Source of the DNA: Lama guanicoe
Lineage: Eukaryota
Assembly: GCA_013239625.1 (NCBI GenBank)
Contig: MU054323.1
Span: forward strand, 8,731,220 to 8,795,219
Reading direction: 5' to 3'
Length of the DNA: 64,000 bases
The position numbers and the translations under genes are program-made. Numbering within the stretch: position 1 is the first letter of the stretch; the number at the start of each line of letters is the position of its first letter. Below, piece after piece: positions 37,336 through 59,700 of the stretch. Under the pieces are notes generated by a model. The model had not been told where the DNA came from. It was given only the letters and a program-made list of their open reading frames with translations, and did no database searches.

Positions 37336-37949
37336 GGGTTCAAGTTTCTACTCTGCCACAAACTCGTGGTGTCGACAGGTCACCTCACTTCTGTGGACCC
37401 CAGTGTCCTCATCTAAAACAGGAGATTGGGCTTGGTGTTCTCCAGGCTTCTTTCCAAGCTCTAGAAAATTCAACTCCCCAGTAGTTTTCTGCTGAGTCTT
37501 ACTTATTGCCTCTGTAGGTTGTAGATGACCTACTTAGTAACATATTTATGGAGGCACCATATAAAGGGTTTGAGGGGGTCCTCCAAAATTGAGCTACACT
37601 AGGGCTGGGGAGGTTTAGAAAAACAAATGTGTGTCCATGAAGAATGGGGATGAGTGGCATTTGCAAGGATATGAGTATAAACTTAGGTTGACAAAATCAT
37701 ATAGTTCAACAAGTACTTATGGAGTGCCTACTATGTGGTGGCTATAAGACCATTATCAAGGTTTTGGTGATTTCAGTAGGAGTCAGGTTACACTTAGAGT
37801 GAAATTGCCTTTCAGAGTGCTAATCCCATCAAGTTCTGACCAGGCATCGAATCCCGTGAAAACTGATGTGCCCACTTTGAGGAGGTGGTCTGACCCTTCC
37901 AGGGTCAAGCTATATCACTGCAAGGTGGAAACAATGGAGTGAGGCAGGC

Positions 37950-46641
<8,692 letters not shown>

Positions 46642-46749
46642 TTAAAGAAACACTCTTCATTCCCGTGTGCCCACTTCCTCTCCCCTTTCCGTTTCCAATA
46701 AGCCCTAAGGGGCAGAGGCTTCCTGTACAGGTTCCTCTTACAGGGGTCG

Positions 46750-47470
46750 CCTTAGACAATCAGGGAAGAGAGGAAGGCTGTGGGCGGCTATGGAATCCCA
46801 GCGGCAGCCACCCGCCCACCCCACCCCCAGCCCCGAAGCAGGGTTTTCTCGGGGCCTCCGTCCTGACTGAGACACACGGGAGGAAAAGTTTACTCTGGCT
46901 TTCATCCAGAGCCTGGTCGGTCTCCAAATTCACTCTCTTAGTTGGAACCAGACTGCATCCTCCCTGACTCCAACTACACACCGGAAATAGAGCCTCTGAC
47001 TCCCTGGAGCCTGGAACGGTCACCCGCGCTGCAGGAGCCCCGTGCGTAGGGCGCTTTAAGCCGGTCATTGCGGATCTCCCGCTACTCACCTGTGCGCGAG
47101 CTCAGCCCCTACCACGTGGCCTGAACGGGCAGGACTTCCGCCCCAGATCCCGCCCCTTCCGCTAGGCTGCTCGCGAGGCTTTCCCCTGCATCCAGAGCAG
47201 GAATGGGAGTGGACTGCGCCGCTAATACCTACGGAGGGCGGCTCTGATCGGTGTGCGCCGGGTCTTGGTGCGGGGCTCGCCTGCCATACTTCCCACTTGG
47301 GGCCGATTTCTGCCCCCTGCCCCTTCTCTCCCCGGTGCCAGGGCCTCAACCTAGAAAGACCCTCACTGTTGCCGCGTCCGGAACTGGCCAAGGTCCTGAC
47401 ATCCTCCTCGGTCTCGAGAATCATAGTTTGGAGACTATGATTAGCCATAGTTAATTGCGTGCGTGTGGGT
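46750..47470 (-). promoter_or_regulatory. MPV17 CpG-island promoter and non-coding exon 1 (donor at 47090)
   Basis: CAG|GTGAGT donor; E-box CACGTG 47113-47118; ETS-type ACTTCCG 47134-47140; GC boxes. Confidence 0.75.
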
Positions 47471-49612
47471 GGGTTGTTGTTTTTTGTTTTGTTTTGTTTT
47501 TTAAGTGTCTCTATGTTCTTCACTAGCCTCAACTGTGAGCTCCGAATGGGTGGAACTGGGTCTTGTTCATATTTGTCGTCCTCATAGCAACTAGTTCAAT
47601 GCTTTGTCCACAGTAGTCTTTAGAAATGCTGCGTAAAGGTGACTCCTCCAATAAAAGCATTGGAATTACTGAACTTCAGCACATTTAGGTACTGGTTTCC
47701 TAACTAGTGGGCTGTGCAGCCTTCGTCATCACTAGCCTAGAACTTAACGTTCCTCACCTGTGAAATAAGAGGGTCGGACTACGCATTTTTTGAAACTGGA
47801 CTCCTCAGTTTTAGAGGTTTATAGAGGTTTGGAGAGGAAGCATCACAGGTTCTTCTTTACCTCAACTTTTTTTTTTTCTTTTAATGTGTATGCTTCTATA
47901 AAGAGCCACTTTTAAGCAAAGGGGCCCACAACTAAAAGTGTTTGGAAACCAATAGATTAGGTGATTTCCTAATCCCTTTCCAGCTCTAACATTTTAAAAT
48001 TTTGTGAATACAGTGCAACATCCTTTCTAGGGTGGTGGAAACTCCTGGGAGTAGATTTGTCAGGCTGGCAGCCTTTGCCTAATTATCTCCAGGGAGCCCA
48101 CATTTTAGGAAACAGCCATATCTGACTTTTTCAGGCTCTCTACCTGGCTAGCTCCAGCTCCAATGTACTCAATCCCTGTATGATTAAGGCAGGGAGAATC
48201 CCGTCACAGACATTGCAGAAATCTAGTAAGGAAGCAAGGGAATTCGATGCCACAGGTTTCTGTATGAAAAACACCGCGTTAGAGGAGTGAATTTACAGTA
48301 GTAAATGTAATAGGAGACCAAATATGCTAAGTTGGAAAGTTGTATTCTGAAGTCAGACTGTCTAGGTTCAAACCCCAACACCACCAATCAGTAGTTATAT
48401 GACCTCATTCAAAGTGCTTAACCTCTCAGAATCTTATCTTTACAATGTAAAATGGAGCAATACCAACTTCATAGGATTAAATAACATGCTAAAGTATCTG
48501 AAGTAGATCAAGTGCTTAATAAACACTTGTTTATCCTCTTTTCCTTCCTTTCCTCTTGGGAACACATGGGAGGGAGACTAATTTTACCAGAGATATCTGG
48601 GAAGCTCCTTGATGAAGGTGGTATTTGAGCTGTGACCTTAAAGGATGAATAGGATTTAGGTGGAGATGGCAGAAAAGTACACTCCAAGAGAGACCATTGT
48701 GAGCAAAGGAACAAAGAAGTACAAGAACCCTTGGATAATATGAAGTGGATATACTGGGAGGGAAGATTGGATGGGGAGTGGCCTGGGGAGAAAAGGGTTT
48801 ATGGGAGAGAAAAAGCACAAGGGCTGAAAGCATCTTCCTGATTTTCCTTTGGAGGTTGAGATTAGGGCAGAGACTCGGCAGCAGGAGTAGGGCTGCCTAC
48901 ACCAACCTTCCACCTCAACAGTGTGAAATGTTGAGGTCCCATCTTTTCTAGCTCTGAGAGTGGGATTTCATGATGCAGTGTCAAGGGGCCTCTACGTAGA
49001 ATGAGCAAAGCTTCTCTGCAATGGGAAGCACTTCCCACTAGTCCTCTCAAAAACAAAACTGGCATAACCTGAGCTGGATCACAATAGGATGGTGCAATAC
49101 TTGGCTCCTTTGCACTGATGTGGGTTGCAGTCACTCTGCTGCTAATAGACTGGGTTGCCTCCAGGTCTGTTTCCTCTTCCATACAGGGAAGAAATTTAAC
49201 TACTTGATTCTTTTCCTCTTAAAGGGGATATTTTAACATATAAGTTCCCTACACTGGAGAGGCAGAAAGCTGTTCCCAGATACTTGGCCAATCAGTCTAG
49301 AGTGCCAGTTTTGTTCCCGGTAGGCACTGAACTAATCTCCATTCTCTTCAATAGGAACAGGCTGCATGTTTTTCTCTATTTCCTGAAGTCATCTGACTAC
49401 TTCCCCCCAAAACCTCAGATTGTACTCATACATTCTAAGACTATGGTTTGCCTACTCCTTGCTGGTGTCTATCCTTGCTTAGGAGGCAATATTACAGTCA
49501 CTGTGAATCTGCAACATCTCACAAGAGGACTCTAACAAGATGAGATATAATACACTACTTTACTTGGGCTCTCAACATCTCCTATATAGTTGAAATAAAG
49601 TAGCTAACCATG

Positions 49613-49618
49613 TTTAAT
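49613..49618 (-). terminator. Candidate GTF3C2 poly(A) signal (ATTAAA)
   Basis: TTTAAT on + about 0.9 kb past the stop. Confidence 0.35.
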
Positions 49619-50498
49619 AAGTCAACAATGCCATAGTATCATGAAGGATCAAAAATCATGACGTGTAAAGAATGGTTAAAGTAACTGAAGATATTTAATC
49701 TACAGAAGAAAAGACTTGGGAAACACATGATAGCTATTTTTAAATACTTAAAAGGGCAATCACAGAGAAGAATGACTATATTTCCTAACACCCACGGTAA
49801 AATTTATAGAGGTAAGCTCTTTGACTTGATATAAAGGAAGATTTTTTTAAAACATGACTGGGGGTGTTCAAGAAGGGTCAGATGACCAGTGATTGGGAAT
49901 ATTTCATAAACAGGAGCAAGTTAAGATCTGAACCACTGTTCTGTTGGCAGGGTGTTTGTGGTGTTCCTTAGTTAAGGAAGCACTATGAGCAGCTTCAGTC
50001 CAATAAATTACTATCACCCCCTTGTGGGCCTGTGTGTTGGGTACTCAAAAGAGTTGGGAAGGCAGTAATATTGGATCCTGGAATACAGTCAGACAGGAGC
50101 CTTCATGCAGATATCTTTTCCAGTTCTCCAAACACCCACTCACATGTGGTCTCAAAAACACCCAGTACCTTTACTTAGCTTTACCCACTTCACAATATGC
50201 TCAATATGAGCAATCTGACTCCCAAGCCTAGGTCAGGCCTGAGTGTTTCTTGTGAGTCATAGTTCTAGGCTGAGGAGCCTTGAGAGTTAGCAGAGGGAGA
50301 GCCCCCCTGCCTGCGGGGAGCTGTGATGACAGGAGAAGTCTGTGGAAGGAGAGGGATCTAAGGAGTCCTGGGGAGGCAGGTCTAAAGGTCCAGGCCTGGC
50401 AGCATCACTGTCCAGGAAGGCCCCAGTTCCTATGGCTGGGTGCTTGGGGCCAACTGTTCTTGGCAGACTTCATTCCAAGGGTCCTATGGGGACCACGA

Positions 50499-50717
50499 CT
50501 AGGGACTGGGCAGAAGGCGATGGCTGGTTGGAGAAAAGCCAGGCCCTCTAGTAGGGGAGGCTGGCTGAAACATAGCATTGAAGTGGGCACGGCTTTCAAG
50601 CTGCATACGGTGGCCCAGTGGAGAAGTGAGTCCACGGACAAAATGAATCCGAACCAGCCCTGACTGCCCCCCAGAGACCAGCCATCCATAGGAATCCAGG
50701 TTTGGGCTGAAACGTAC
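50499..50717 (-). CDS. GTF3C2: GTF3C2 last coding exon
   Basis: [26 protein letters not shown]...LLPSP*. Confidence 0.95.
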   Translation of the reverse strand, partial: VRFSPNLDSYGWLVSGGQSGLVRIHFVRGLTSPLGHRMQLESRAHFNAMFQPASPTRGPGFSPTSHRLLPSP

Positions 50718-53700
50718 CTGGGAAAAGAATAGAAAAACAGGAGAGATGCTCACAGTTGTTGCTTTAGGGTGAGTCCTAGCTGTAAGAGCAAAAAAAAATG
50801 GGCCACAATCTGAAAGGACAGGACCACGATGGGGTAAGAGGTAGGAATGAGAAGACCATGAATGAGGTATGTCTATCATGCTCTGGAGGATGAGGCTGCT
50901 GGAGCTGTTTTCCCTCCTTTGCCATCTCGGTTACCTTTTCATCTCCCATTTCATTGATCACAGGCCCAGAGTTGGGAGAAAATGAGACGAAGGATGGCGA
51001 AGATGAGACAAGGTCCTCACCTTATGAATAGCTTCCAGCTGCAGCCTGTCCAGGCAGAGCTGCGAGTGCCCCTCTCCCTCCTGCATGCGCAGCATCGGTT
51101 CTCTGTGGAGCAGATCATGGAATGAACCCTGGGAAGGAGGGGTGTGATAGGAGAGAGAAAGCAAGCAGCTTCTTAGTTTTGCATCTTTGAGCTGGAACTC
51201 CTACTATACAAGGACTCAAATTTTCTACTTTTTCTAATGCCACACCCATTCTCCTGGCCTCAACTTACCAAATCTGTATCTTGAAAGAGCAAGTAGTGAT
51301 GGTTGACAGTTTCAGCATAAGTTCGAGCCTTGGGAGGGTTGGGGGCCCCAGATGATGCAGAAGAGTGGTCTTGACCTTCAGGACTGTCCTGATATGGCAT
51401 CAGATCTGCTTTATATATAGGCTAGAAAGGAAACCGTGAGATTAGGTTATATAATACTGAAAACTGAATACAAGTTAAAGAGAGAAAATTGGTTTGGAGC
51501 AGGAGAGACTCAAAGGTGGAAGAAAGTAGTATGTTTAAACATATGTTCAGATGCACGAGGGTAGGAAAAATTATACATAACCCTGTGTTATGACCTCAGA
51601 AAGACTATAAGGGCTGGGAGCCCTAGTACTAATTTGTACTCTCCTGCTAATTGGTAGCACTAATTTGGGAGGTCATGTGGATTAGGACCCAACAGACGGT
51701 GCTGCTATTAAGTATTCATATACATACAAATCTCCGCTCTATCGGTCGCTTGACGTTTATTGGGTTCAGTGCCATATCAGGCAATATAGCTGCAATGAGC
51801 TCCCCAGATATATCTCCTGCGGCTATTGTCCCAAGCCAGTCGGATCCTGAAAGACTCTAATAAGAAGAGACAGATTTTTTTTTCCATTCATTCATTCATT
51901 CAGTCGTTCATTCATATACATTCAGTTCTGGGGAGGGAGACATTCACACAAACAAAAATGAGTTTATCATAACCCATATCCATGATACAGTTACCACACA
52001 CTTATCTTCTCTTTCTATCCAAAACTACTGCCTCTTTATGACCACCACTAGGTGAGTAAAGGAACTGTTTTCCTGTGTAATGAAGGTCTCGAAGAGAGGG
52101 GCTCACCCAGACAGTTCCTTTTCGAGGAGCAGTGAAGTAGGCCTTGAAACCAAGGTAACCAGCATCAATATAATGAATTCCACAGAGTCCATAACTGTAA
52201 AAGAAAAAAAAAAAACTTCCTTTTCCTAAGATTCATTTCTTTTCCCAGAATTCAAACTCCCTCAGTGAGACAACCCTCAACCCGTCTCTCCCCAAAATAA
52301 TCTGCACTGCACCCCAGCCTGCAGGGCCTGTCCCCAGAGCCCCTCCTCTCTCCACCCTGCCGTACGAGGCATAGCAGTTGTCCTGAGCCACAGTGACACC
52401 ATTGTAGGGGAGCAGCCAGGCCAGCTCTGTACTCAAGAAGCGCTTGATAGAGTTTATTGGTTCATAAGGTCGTCGAAGGTCCCAGAATTTGATTTTCCGG
52501 TCGCTTCCTGCAGAGACCAGGAAATGACTGTGGGAAGATGGGAGAAGATCAAATCTGAACAAGTCTGGAAGAGTCAGCCTGTCCCAGTCTTTACCTCCCA
52601 CCTCCACAATTCTCTGATACCTGTTAGCTTTGCACCACTGAAGGGTGCGCACAGCCTGGTCATGGGCTAGGAAACACTGGAAGGGGTAGAGCTTCAAGGA
52701 GCCGTCAGAGAGCCGTATCCGCTGCAGGGGCGAGTTTGTGGGAAGGTTCCAGAAAACTACCATGCCTGAGATAGGGACAGAATGTGTAGGTATTAATGTC
52801 AGGTTCTCTCTTCCTTGCTCTAATTTCTTTCTCTGGCTTCTAGGATCTATGTCTTCTGCCCTCTGGGTCCCTTAGATCTGATCCCTTAGGAAAGGATATA
52901 GAGACCATGATTAGCTAGCCAACATTCCCTCCACGGTTTAAAGACTCAACCTGGTATTTTCAGTTCCAATTCTCATCAACAAAAAAGTAATAGCTCAGTC
53001 TGGGATCTGCAGTTGAAAGATAGGTTGAATACACCCAGTAGCCTCTACTCTCTACTAAATATAAGTAAAGGGATTTTTTTTTTAAAGCATAAACCCTCTA
53101 GGACAGGGTTGGCAAACTACAGCCCATGGGCCAAATACAGCATGCTGCCTGTTTTGGCAAAGTTTAGAACACAACCACGCCCATTTGTTCACCTAATGTC
53201 TGTGGCCGCTTTCATTTTACAATGGCAGAGTTGGATAGTTGCAACAATGGCCAGACAGCCCGCAAAGCATAAAATATTCACCATCTGAACTTTTACAGAA
53301 ATGTTTGCCAATTTCACTCCAAGGCAAAGAGAACAGGCAAGGAGCCAAAAGTAAGCCAAAAGGAGTGGAATGGAAAGGAAAACAAATGGACAAATAGAAA
53401 CTAACTCAGTTGACCTAAAACAAGTTGACCCCTGACCAGACTGGCAGAGGATGAGGTAATCAAAAGTATAACTTTGATAAAAATAAAAGACAAATTACAG
53501 AACAGTAAGAATTTAATAAACAAAAGTTGAAGAAAACATGTGAAGCTAAAACTCCCTTCATACATAAACTCAGGAAATGTAGAACCTAAGAGCCTTTCTT
53601 GAAAAAACTTGACAGTAAATTACAGCTAAGCAATGTAGGTAATTCAGCAATGGAGGGGGAGACTGAGATGAAAGGACTGCTAGAGACGTGCAATCACTTC

Positions 53701-56700
53701 AATACAGAGTTAAGATAAGTAACTTTGGGAATTAAGAAGGAAAACAACATCGAGAATCACATCCCTTGACAATGTAAGAATACCACCAAAAGAAACACAA
53801 TTAGAAGATGGAGAGGCAGGTGACAGGAAGCAGTGCTAATTTCCCTACCTCCCAAGCAGAAAGTCTGCTGATGTGCCTAGAAGTGAAATTGTCATTTAGA
53901 AACAACTACAACCTAATAAAGCCAATTGCTTATGTTATTTATAACCTTCTATTTTTTCCTTTTTAATCTTAAAAGTATCTTTATACAACTAACGTCTCTA
54001 TGGTAAGGAACATTCATGGAGAGCTTAGCTAACCTTTCAGTTTCACTTGCCTTTTTCTTCTATAAAATTGAAGTATAATTAAATTTAATCCTTTTTTAAA
54101 AAAAAATTTTTTTAGGGGGAGTAGTAGTTAGGTTTTTATTTATTTATTTATTTATCCTTAGTGGCAGTACTAGGGGTTGAACCCAGGACCTTGTGCAGGC
54201 TAGGCACGCACTCTACCTCTGAGCTATACCCTTCCCTCTAAATTTAATACTTGTTAATCTAAAACAGTTTCTAGAGTATGATCCCATTTTTATAGAATTT
54301 GTTCTCTCTCCATCTAATTTTTTTATCTTTATACATGCATAGAGAATCACATGAAATCAACTCATAATTATTTTTTGAGCAGAAAAATTCTAGGGACTTC
54401 TTTTCTTTCTTCTTTGTGTTTTTTCACATTGCATGAATATATGACCATAATAATCATATAACTATATAATGTCTAACACTAAACCAAAACGGAAACAACA
54501 ACCAAAAAACAAGCATATATAAAAGTTCAAAGAGCAATTGCTCCTTACGTTTTGTTTTGTTTTGTTTACCATTATAGTATCCAGCAGCCAGGTGGTGGTG
54601 GGGCCGGGTAGGCATCCAGGCCAGGCTAAGGCACTGGCCACATTCAGAGGGGTCCGAAGCTTGCATAGACCCCACCTGCAGGGTTGCCACACATTGGACC
54701 TGCAGGGACAGAAGAGACAGGACTAGGGTCAGGGATAACTATTGTTTGGAATGAAGGCTCAAATCAGTGACTAATCCAGCAGGATGGGGAGATTTTTCAG
54801 GGGTAGAAGAAGACTTACTGTGGAATCAGTAAGGGAGGCTCTAGAAGATGGAGCCTCAGCTAAGGTAGCAGGTTCCTCACTCACCTTATAAATGGCAGGC
54901 TTCATTGCATCTGTGAGGGAAGAAGAGCAGTAACTGAAGAAGAGCTCTGGGTCCAGAAGACCGAGGTCCTAATTAATCAAGCCTTGCTCTTAGATCAGCC
55001 CCCGCCCTTTCAATAATGCCTTTCCCTTACACTCTTATCTTGCCACCACCAAATGTATGAACCTGCCTCTATCTGCCCCCAAAATCTTCTTTCTTCCTGT
55101 TCTACCCTTCCTCCCATCAGAATGGCTAATCCTGTCACTCTGCTTTCTTCTCATCCTCCCCTCTTCCAGAGTGTGGTTCATAGGGTTATCCTCCCCTTCT
55201 CCTGCACTGTCCACTTTCTCTCTGCCTACTGGATCACTCTCATATGTTCATGTAAACATGCATTCTTGTCTTCCATTTAAATCAAATGAACAAATCAAAG
55301 CCTTCTTTAACCCTTATTCACCTCCATCCTCCACCCTCATTTATATGACCCGCTTCACAGCCAAACTTCCTGAAAGAATTGTCTTCACTTCCTCAACCTC
55401 CCACTCCTTCCTCAGCCCACTCTTCCACCTGACCACCAAACACGGGATTTCTCAGGGTTCAAATCTGGGTGCCCTCTTCTTTAAATCCTCAGTACTGTTG
55501 AAAAATAAATTCAACAAGTAAGGGCTGCCTTTCCCTGACCCCTGCCTATTCTTGCTCATCTTCAGCTCTATACTCTCTCCTCTTCACAACAAAGAGTGTT
55601 TATGTGTGATGGGCGGGCAGAAGAGGCTGAGGACAGAATTAGGGGGAAGAAGGGTATGGCAGGGGAGTCGAGGCCCAGGCTCCAGCCTCAGCCTTCAGCA
55701 GCTCTTTACACAGCCAGTCAACTGTGGTGGCAAGAGGAGAAAGACCTGAGAGCACAGGAGAGCAGGGAAGAAGGGGAGATAAAAGGTAGTGTGCTGAAAG
55801 GGGGCAGTTAGAAGGCTGTAAAAGAGAGGAGCACAAGAGGGCTTCCCAAGAGAGGTCAAGAACAACGTGTGTGAAGTCAGAGTGGGAGAAGTGACTGGCT
55901 AAGGCCTTGTACTAGAGAGACTGGGCCCAGAGGAGTTCCAGGGGAGACAGACAGACCCCACTCAGCACTGGCCACAGCTAGAGCAGCCCCATTCTCCCTG
56001 CTGTGCTACTCACCTGGGGGCTGCTGAGCCAGCAAGGCCTCAGGATGGGGCAGACTGAACAACAGCACCTTCCCATCTGAGCAGGCAAGAGCCAAGAGAC
56101 CCAAGCGGGGCAGGAGAGGGGCCTAGAAAGAGAAACCAGGTCTGTGCTGAGGCTTGCTGCCTTTAGGCATCTCTCAGAACACTCTGAAGTTCTGGTCTCT
56201 GAAAATATGGAGTTGCTGGGAAAACTCCACCCACCACTCTCCAACCTCCCTTCTCCAGCTCTGGGAATACCCAGGGCCTCTTTGTCCTGGCTCTGAGTCC
56301 TAGGGCCGTCTCACAATCAACTGGGAGGTACCTTCCGAGGGGTGCCTGGAAGCTCCCATGCTCCACTGGGGCAGAACTTGAGGTCCCAGATGCAGCCATG
56401 GTCACAAGCAATCCCATAGACAAAGTGGGCTCTGTTGCCAGGACTGAGAAGAGAAAGCATGTGGGGAGAATGGGTAGGAAGGAGGGGCCTGGAGCTGCCA
56501 AAGCCTGTGCTCCCCTTGCCTCAACCCAATCTGAGTCTTTCCCCTGTTCCCTGCCCAGCCCCATCCTTCTCTCCCCCTCAACCACCCTCCCATGGCAGTG
56601 TCCCAGCCCCACCTCACCAGCTTTCTTGCTGCAAGGTCCCAAGGCCCCAGAGCTGGAGAAGCCCAGGGCCCGAATGAAGCTGGCTCAGTGGGTGTGTCTC

Positions 56701-59700
56701 ATTCATGTCAGGGCTGGAGAAAAGGGCCACATACTGCGAGGCTGCTGCCCCTTCTGGCACTGGGCACCAGTCCAGAGCCCAGAGCGGTCCCCCCGTGAAG
56801 AAGGACACATCCCAGCGCTCTGGGTGTGCTGTGATAGAGCTAAATCTAGAGAAAAGTCAAAGATGGGATGAATAAAGGAGTTAATAAAAGGTACTAAGGA
56901 TCAGCAGATGACTGGATCAATAAACTGTGATACATCCAGACAATGGAATATTATTTGGCACTAAAAAGAAATGAGTTATCAAGCCATTAAAAGGCACAGA
57001 GGAAGCTTAAATGCATATTACTAAGTGGAAGAAGCCCACCTGAAATGGTTACATACTGTATGATTCCAACTATAAGGCATTCTGAAAAAGGCAAAACTAT
57101 GGAGACAGTAAAAAGATCAGTGACAGAGTTAGGGCTGGGGAAGGTGGGGGGTGAATAGGTGGAACACAGTATTTTCACTGCCCTGAAAATACTCTGAATG
57201 ATACCATAATGATAGATACATGTCATTATGCGTTTGCCCAAACCCACAGAATGTACAAGAATGAACCCAAAGGTAAGCTGTGGACTTTGATTATGATATG
57301 TCAATATAGGTTCATCAACTGTAACAAAGGTACCACTCTGGTGGGGGATGTTGATAATGGGGGAGGCTGTGCAGGTACGGGGCAGGGAGTATATAGGAAA
57401 TCTCTGTACCTCCTCTCAAGCTTGTTGTGAACCTAAAATTGCTCTTTAAAAAAAAAAACAAAAAAAAACCTGTCTTTAAAATTTTGAAGGAAAAAAAAGG
57501 TAATGCGGACAGAAAGGGAGCTAGTGTAAACTAACTTAAGCAAGAGCCAGGATACCACAGTCCACAAGTGAGAGCAGTCCTAGCCACCGTCTGTATCTTC
57601 CTCCTTCCCTTCCCAAAGTCTGTCTAGCTCTAAGCTCATCTTCAAAGATGATAGGCTGTACATTCTGGTTTACTACAGTGTTCTCTCTAGGGCCAGTCTG
57701 TCCAGGTCTATCTGAGTAGATGTGACCTTGAACACTAGTTTAACCTTCAGTCTTCCTAGGCTCCCTCAGTCTGGCCAGCAGTGATGAGTGCTGCAAGTTA
57801 GAGGGGGTTGACCAGATTTAGCCAGCACTCCTACCCTTCGGACCAACTGGGCCAGCATTAAGGCAAGAAAAGGGCCAAACTATCATCCCCTTCAACATTC
57901 ATTTTTCCTATTTCCGTCTCCCAGAGTGAGAAAAAGAGATGCAATCCTCACCTGTTTATTCGGTAGAGTGTCCCATCTTCAGGAAGTCCTTCACGTTGTA
58001 CAGAAAACAGTGGAGACTTCTCTTCCTGGGGCAGGTAGGGAGCTGCCTCACTGGGGGTAGGCAAAAGGAACAGCCTGAATCTGGAAGAGTTTCACCCATC
58101 CCAAGATTCCCATTATAAATCTAGAGTCCTCTGTCACCATTCCATCTCCAGTGATGTCACCCACTCCTAGACTTCAGAGATGTCTCTTCAACTTACAGTT
58201 CAGATAACAAGTGCCACTTCCAGGCTAAAGGAATCCATTCTGCAAACTCCCAGTATGAATACTTCTGGTCTCGGCTGGAGGAACAGAAGAAGCATTAATG
58301 AAGGAGGAGTGAAATTCTAGAGCAGTGCTGCCCAGTAAAACTTTCTGTGATGACAGAGGCGATCTACTATCTGTGCCAAGACACTAGCCACCAGCCGCAA
58401 GTGGACACTTGAAATGTGGCTAATGCAACTGAGAAACTAAACTTTCAATTGTATTTAATTAATTGAAAATTAAATTTAAATGGCCTCATGCAGCTAGTGG
58501 CTACCATATTGGACAGCACAGCTCTAGAGCTCTTGCCTTTAGAGCAGTGTGTTTAGTTATGAATGTCTTTACAGTGTTCTACCCTGTGCCTTTCCGCCTT
58601 TCTGCAGCCCCACTCCTAGATCATCATTTGCACTCCACCACCACCCTTTCATCCCCAGCCCCCACCCCCCAAGTCTCACAGGTTCTTGGTGAGATGGAGG
58701 CACTTCCAAACAGGAGCCATGATGTGATTTGGTAAGCCATTGGGAGCCACTCCCCGGCAGTGTGGCTTCTGCTTCTGAGGATCAAATTGAAGAAAGTGTT
58801 AAGGAGAGAGAATTTCAAAGGCTGGAGAAAGTCCCCAGGAGCCAGCTTTCCCAGCTTTTACTTCTCTGTGCACTACTTCCTCTCTAACTTTTTCCCTATT
58901 TCCCTTAAAAGATTTATATCTCAACTATTACAATGACTTCTCCACCTTATGCTCATACTCCTCTATCCCAACTACAAAAACCTGTTAACCTGTTTTCTGT
59001 TCTTCTTCCTTGGTATGTCTCCATGGCACTTGATTCAGAGGGCTCCCATTTTCTTCTTGAAACTCCTGCCCCATGGGATAGTCTCTCCTTATTCCTAATA
59101 TTATTACATTATAATATAATATTATTCCTCACTAATATTCCTTCACGGGCTCTCCCTCCTAATTGGTTTGGTAGGTGATGGTATTTCCCAGAGTTCTTCT
59201 GTCTTCTTCTCAACCCTCAATACATGTACTCCTGGTAATCTTATCCTATGTCTCATGGCTTTGACCACCAATTTTATGCCTGATTATCAAGTTTACATCT
59301 TAATAAATAAAAACTTTACTCAGTTTCAACTTTCCTACAAATTCTAGACCCATACACTGGGTACTGAGCCACACTAGAGCCTGAGGCAAAAGGAAGTATC
59401 AGTAATACAATTCCTGTCTTTATTTAAAATTTTGATATTTTCTTTATCACAGATTTGTTACAGTATTTTTGGTTTTTAAAATGCTGCATTGAGGTATTTA
59501 CCTTGATTACTAAGGGGTTTGGTGTTCTCTGAAATGTTACACTTGGGAGAAGTAAGGCACAGGTCCCGTACATACGACTGGCAACCAGACATCTCCAGAA
59601 AGATAGCCCATGACCCACCAGTACCTCCAACTCAACATGTCAGAAAGTAAACTCATCACCTTCACCCGTCCTGTGTTCCCTACTCTTCCCATTTTCCCAA

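Noticed and set aside
48862..49182. 106-aa ORF between GTF3C2 and MPV17
   Set aside because: No recognisable homology, splice context or promoter; length within chance expectation
54160..54238. tRNA-like sequence
   Set aside because: SINE head with tail and TSD, not a tRNA gene
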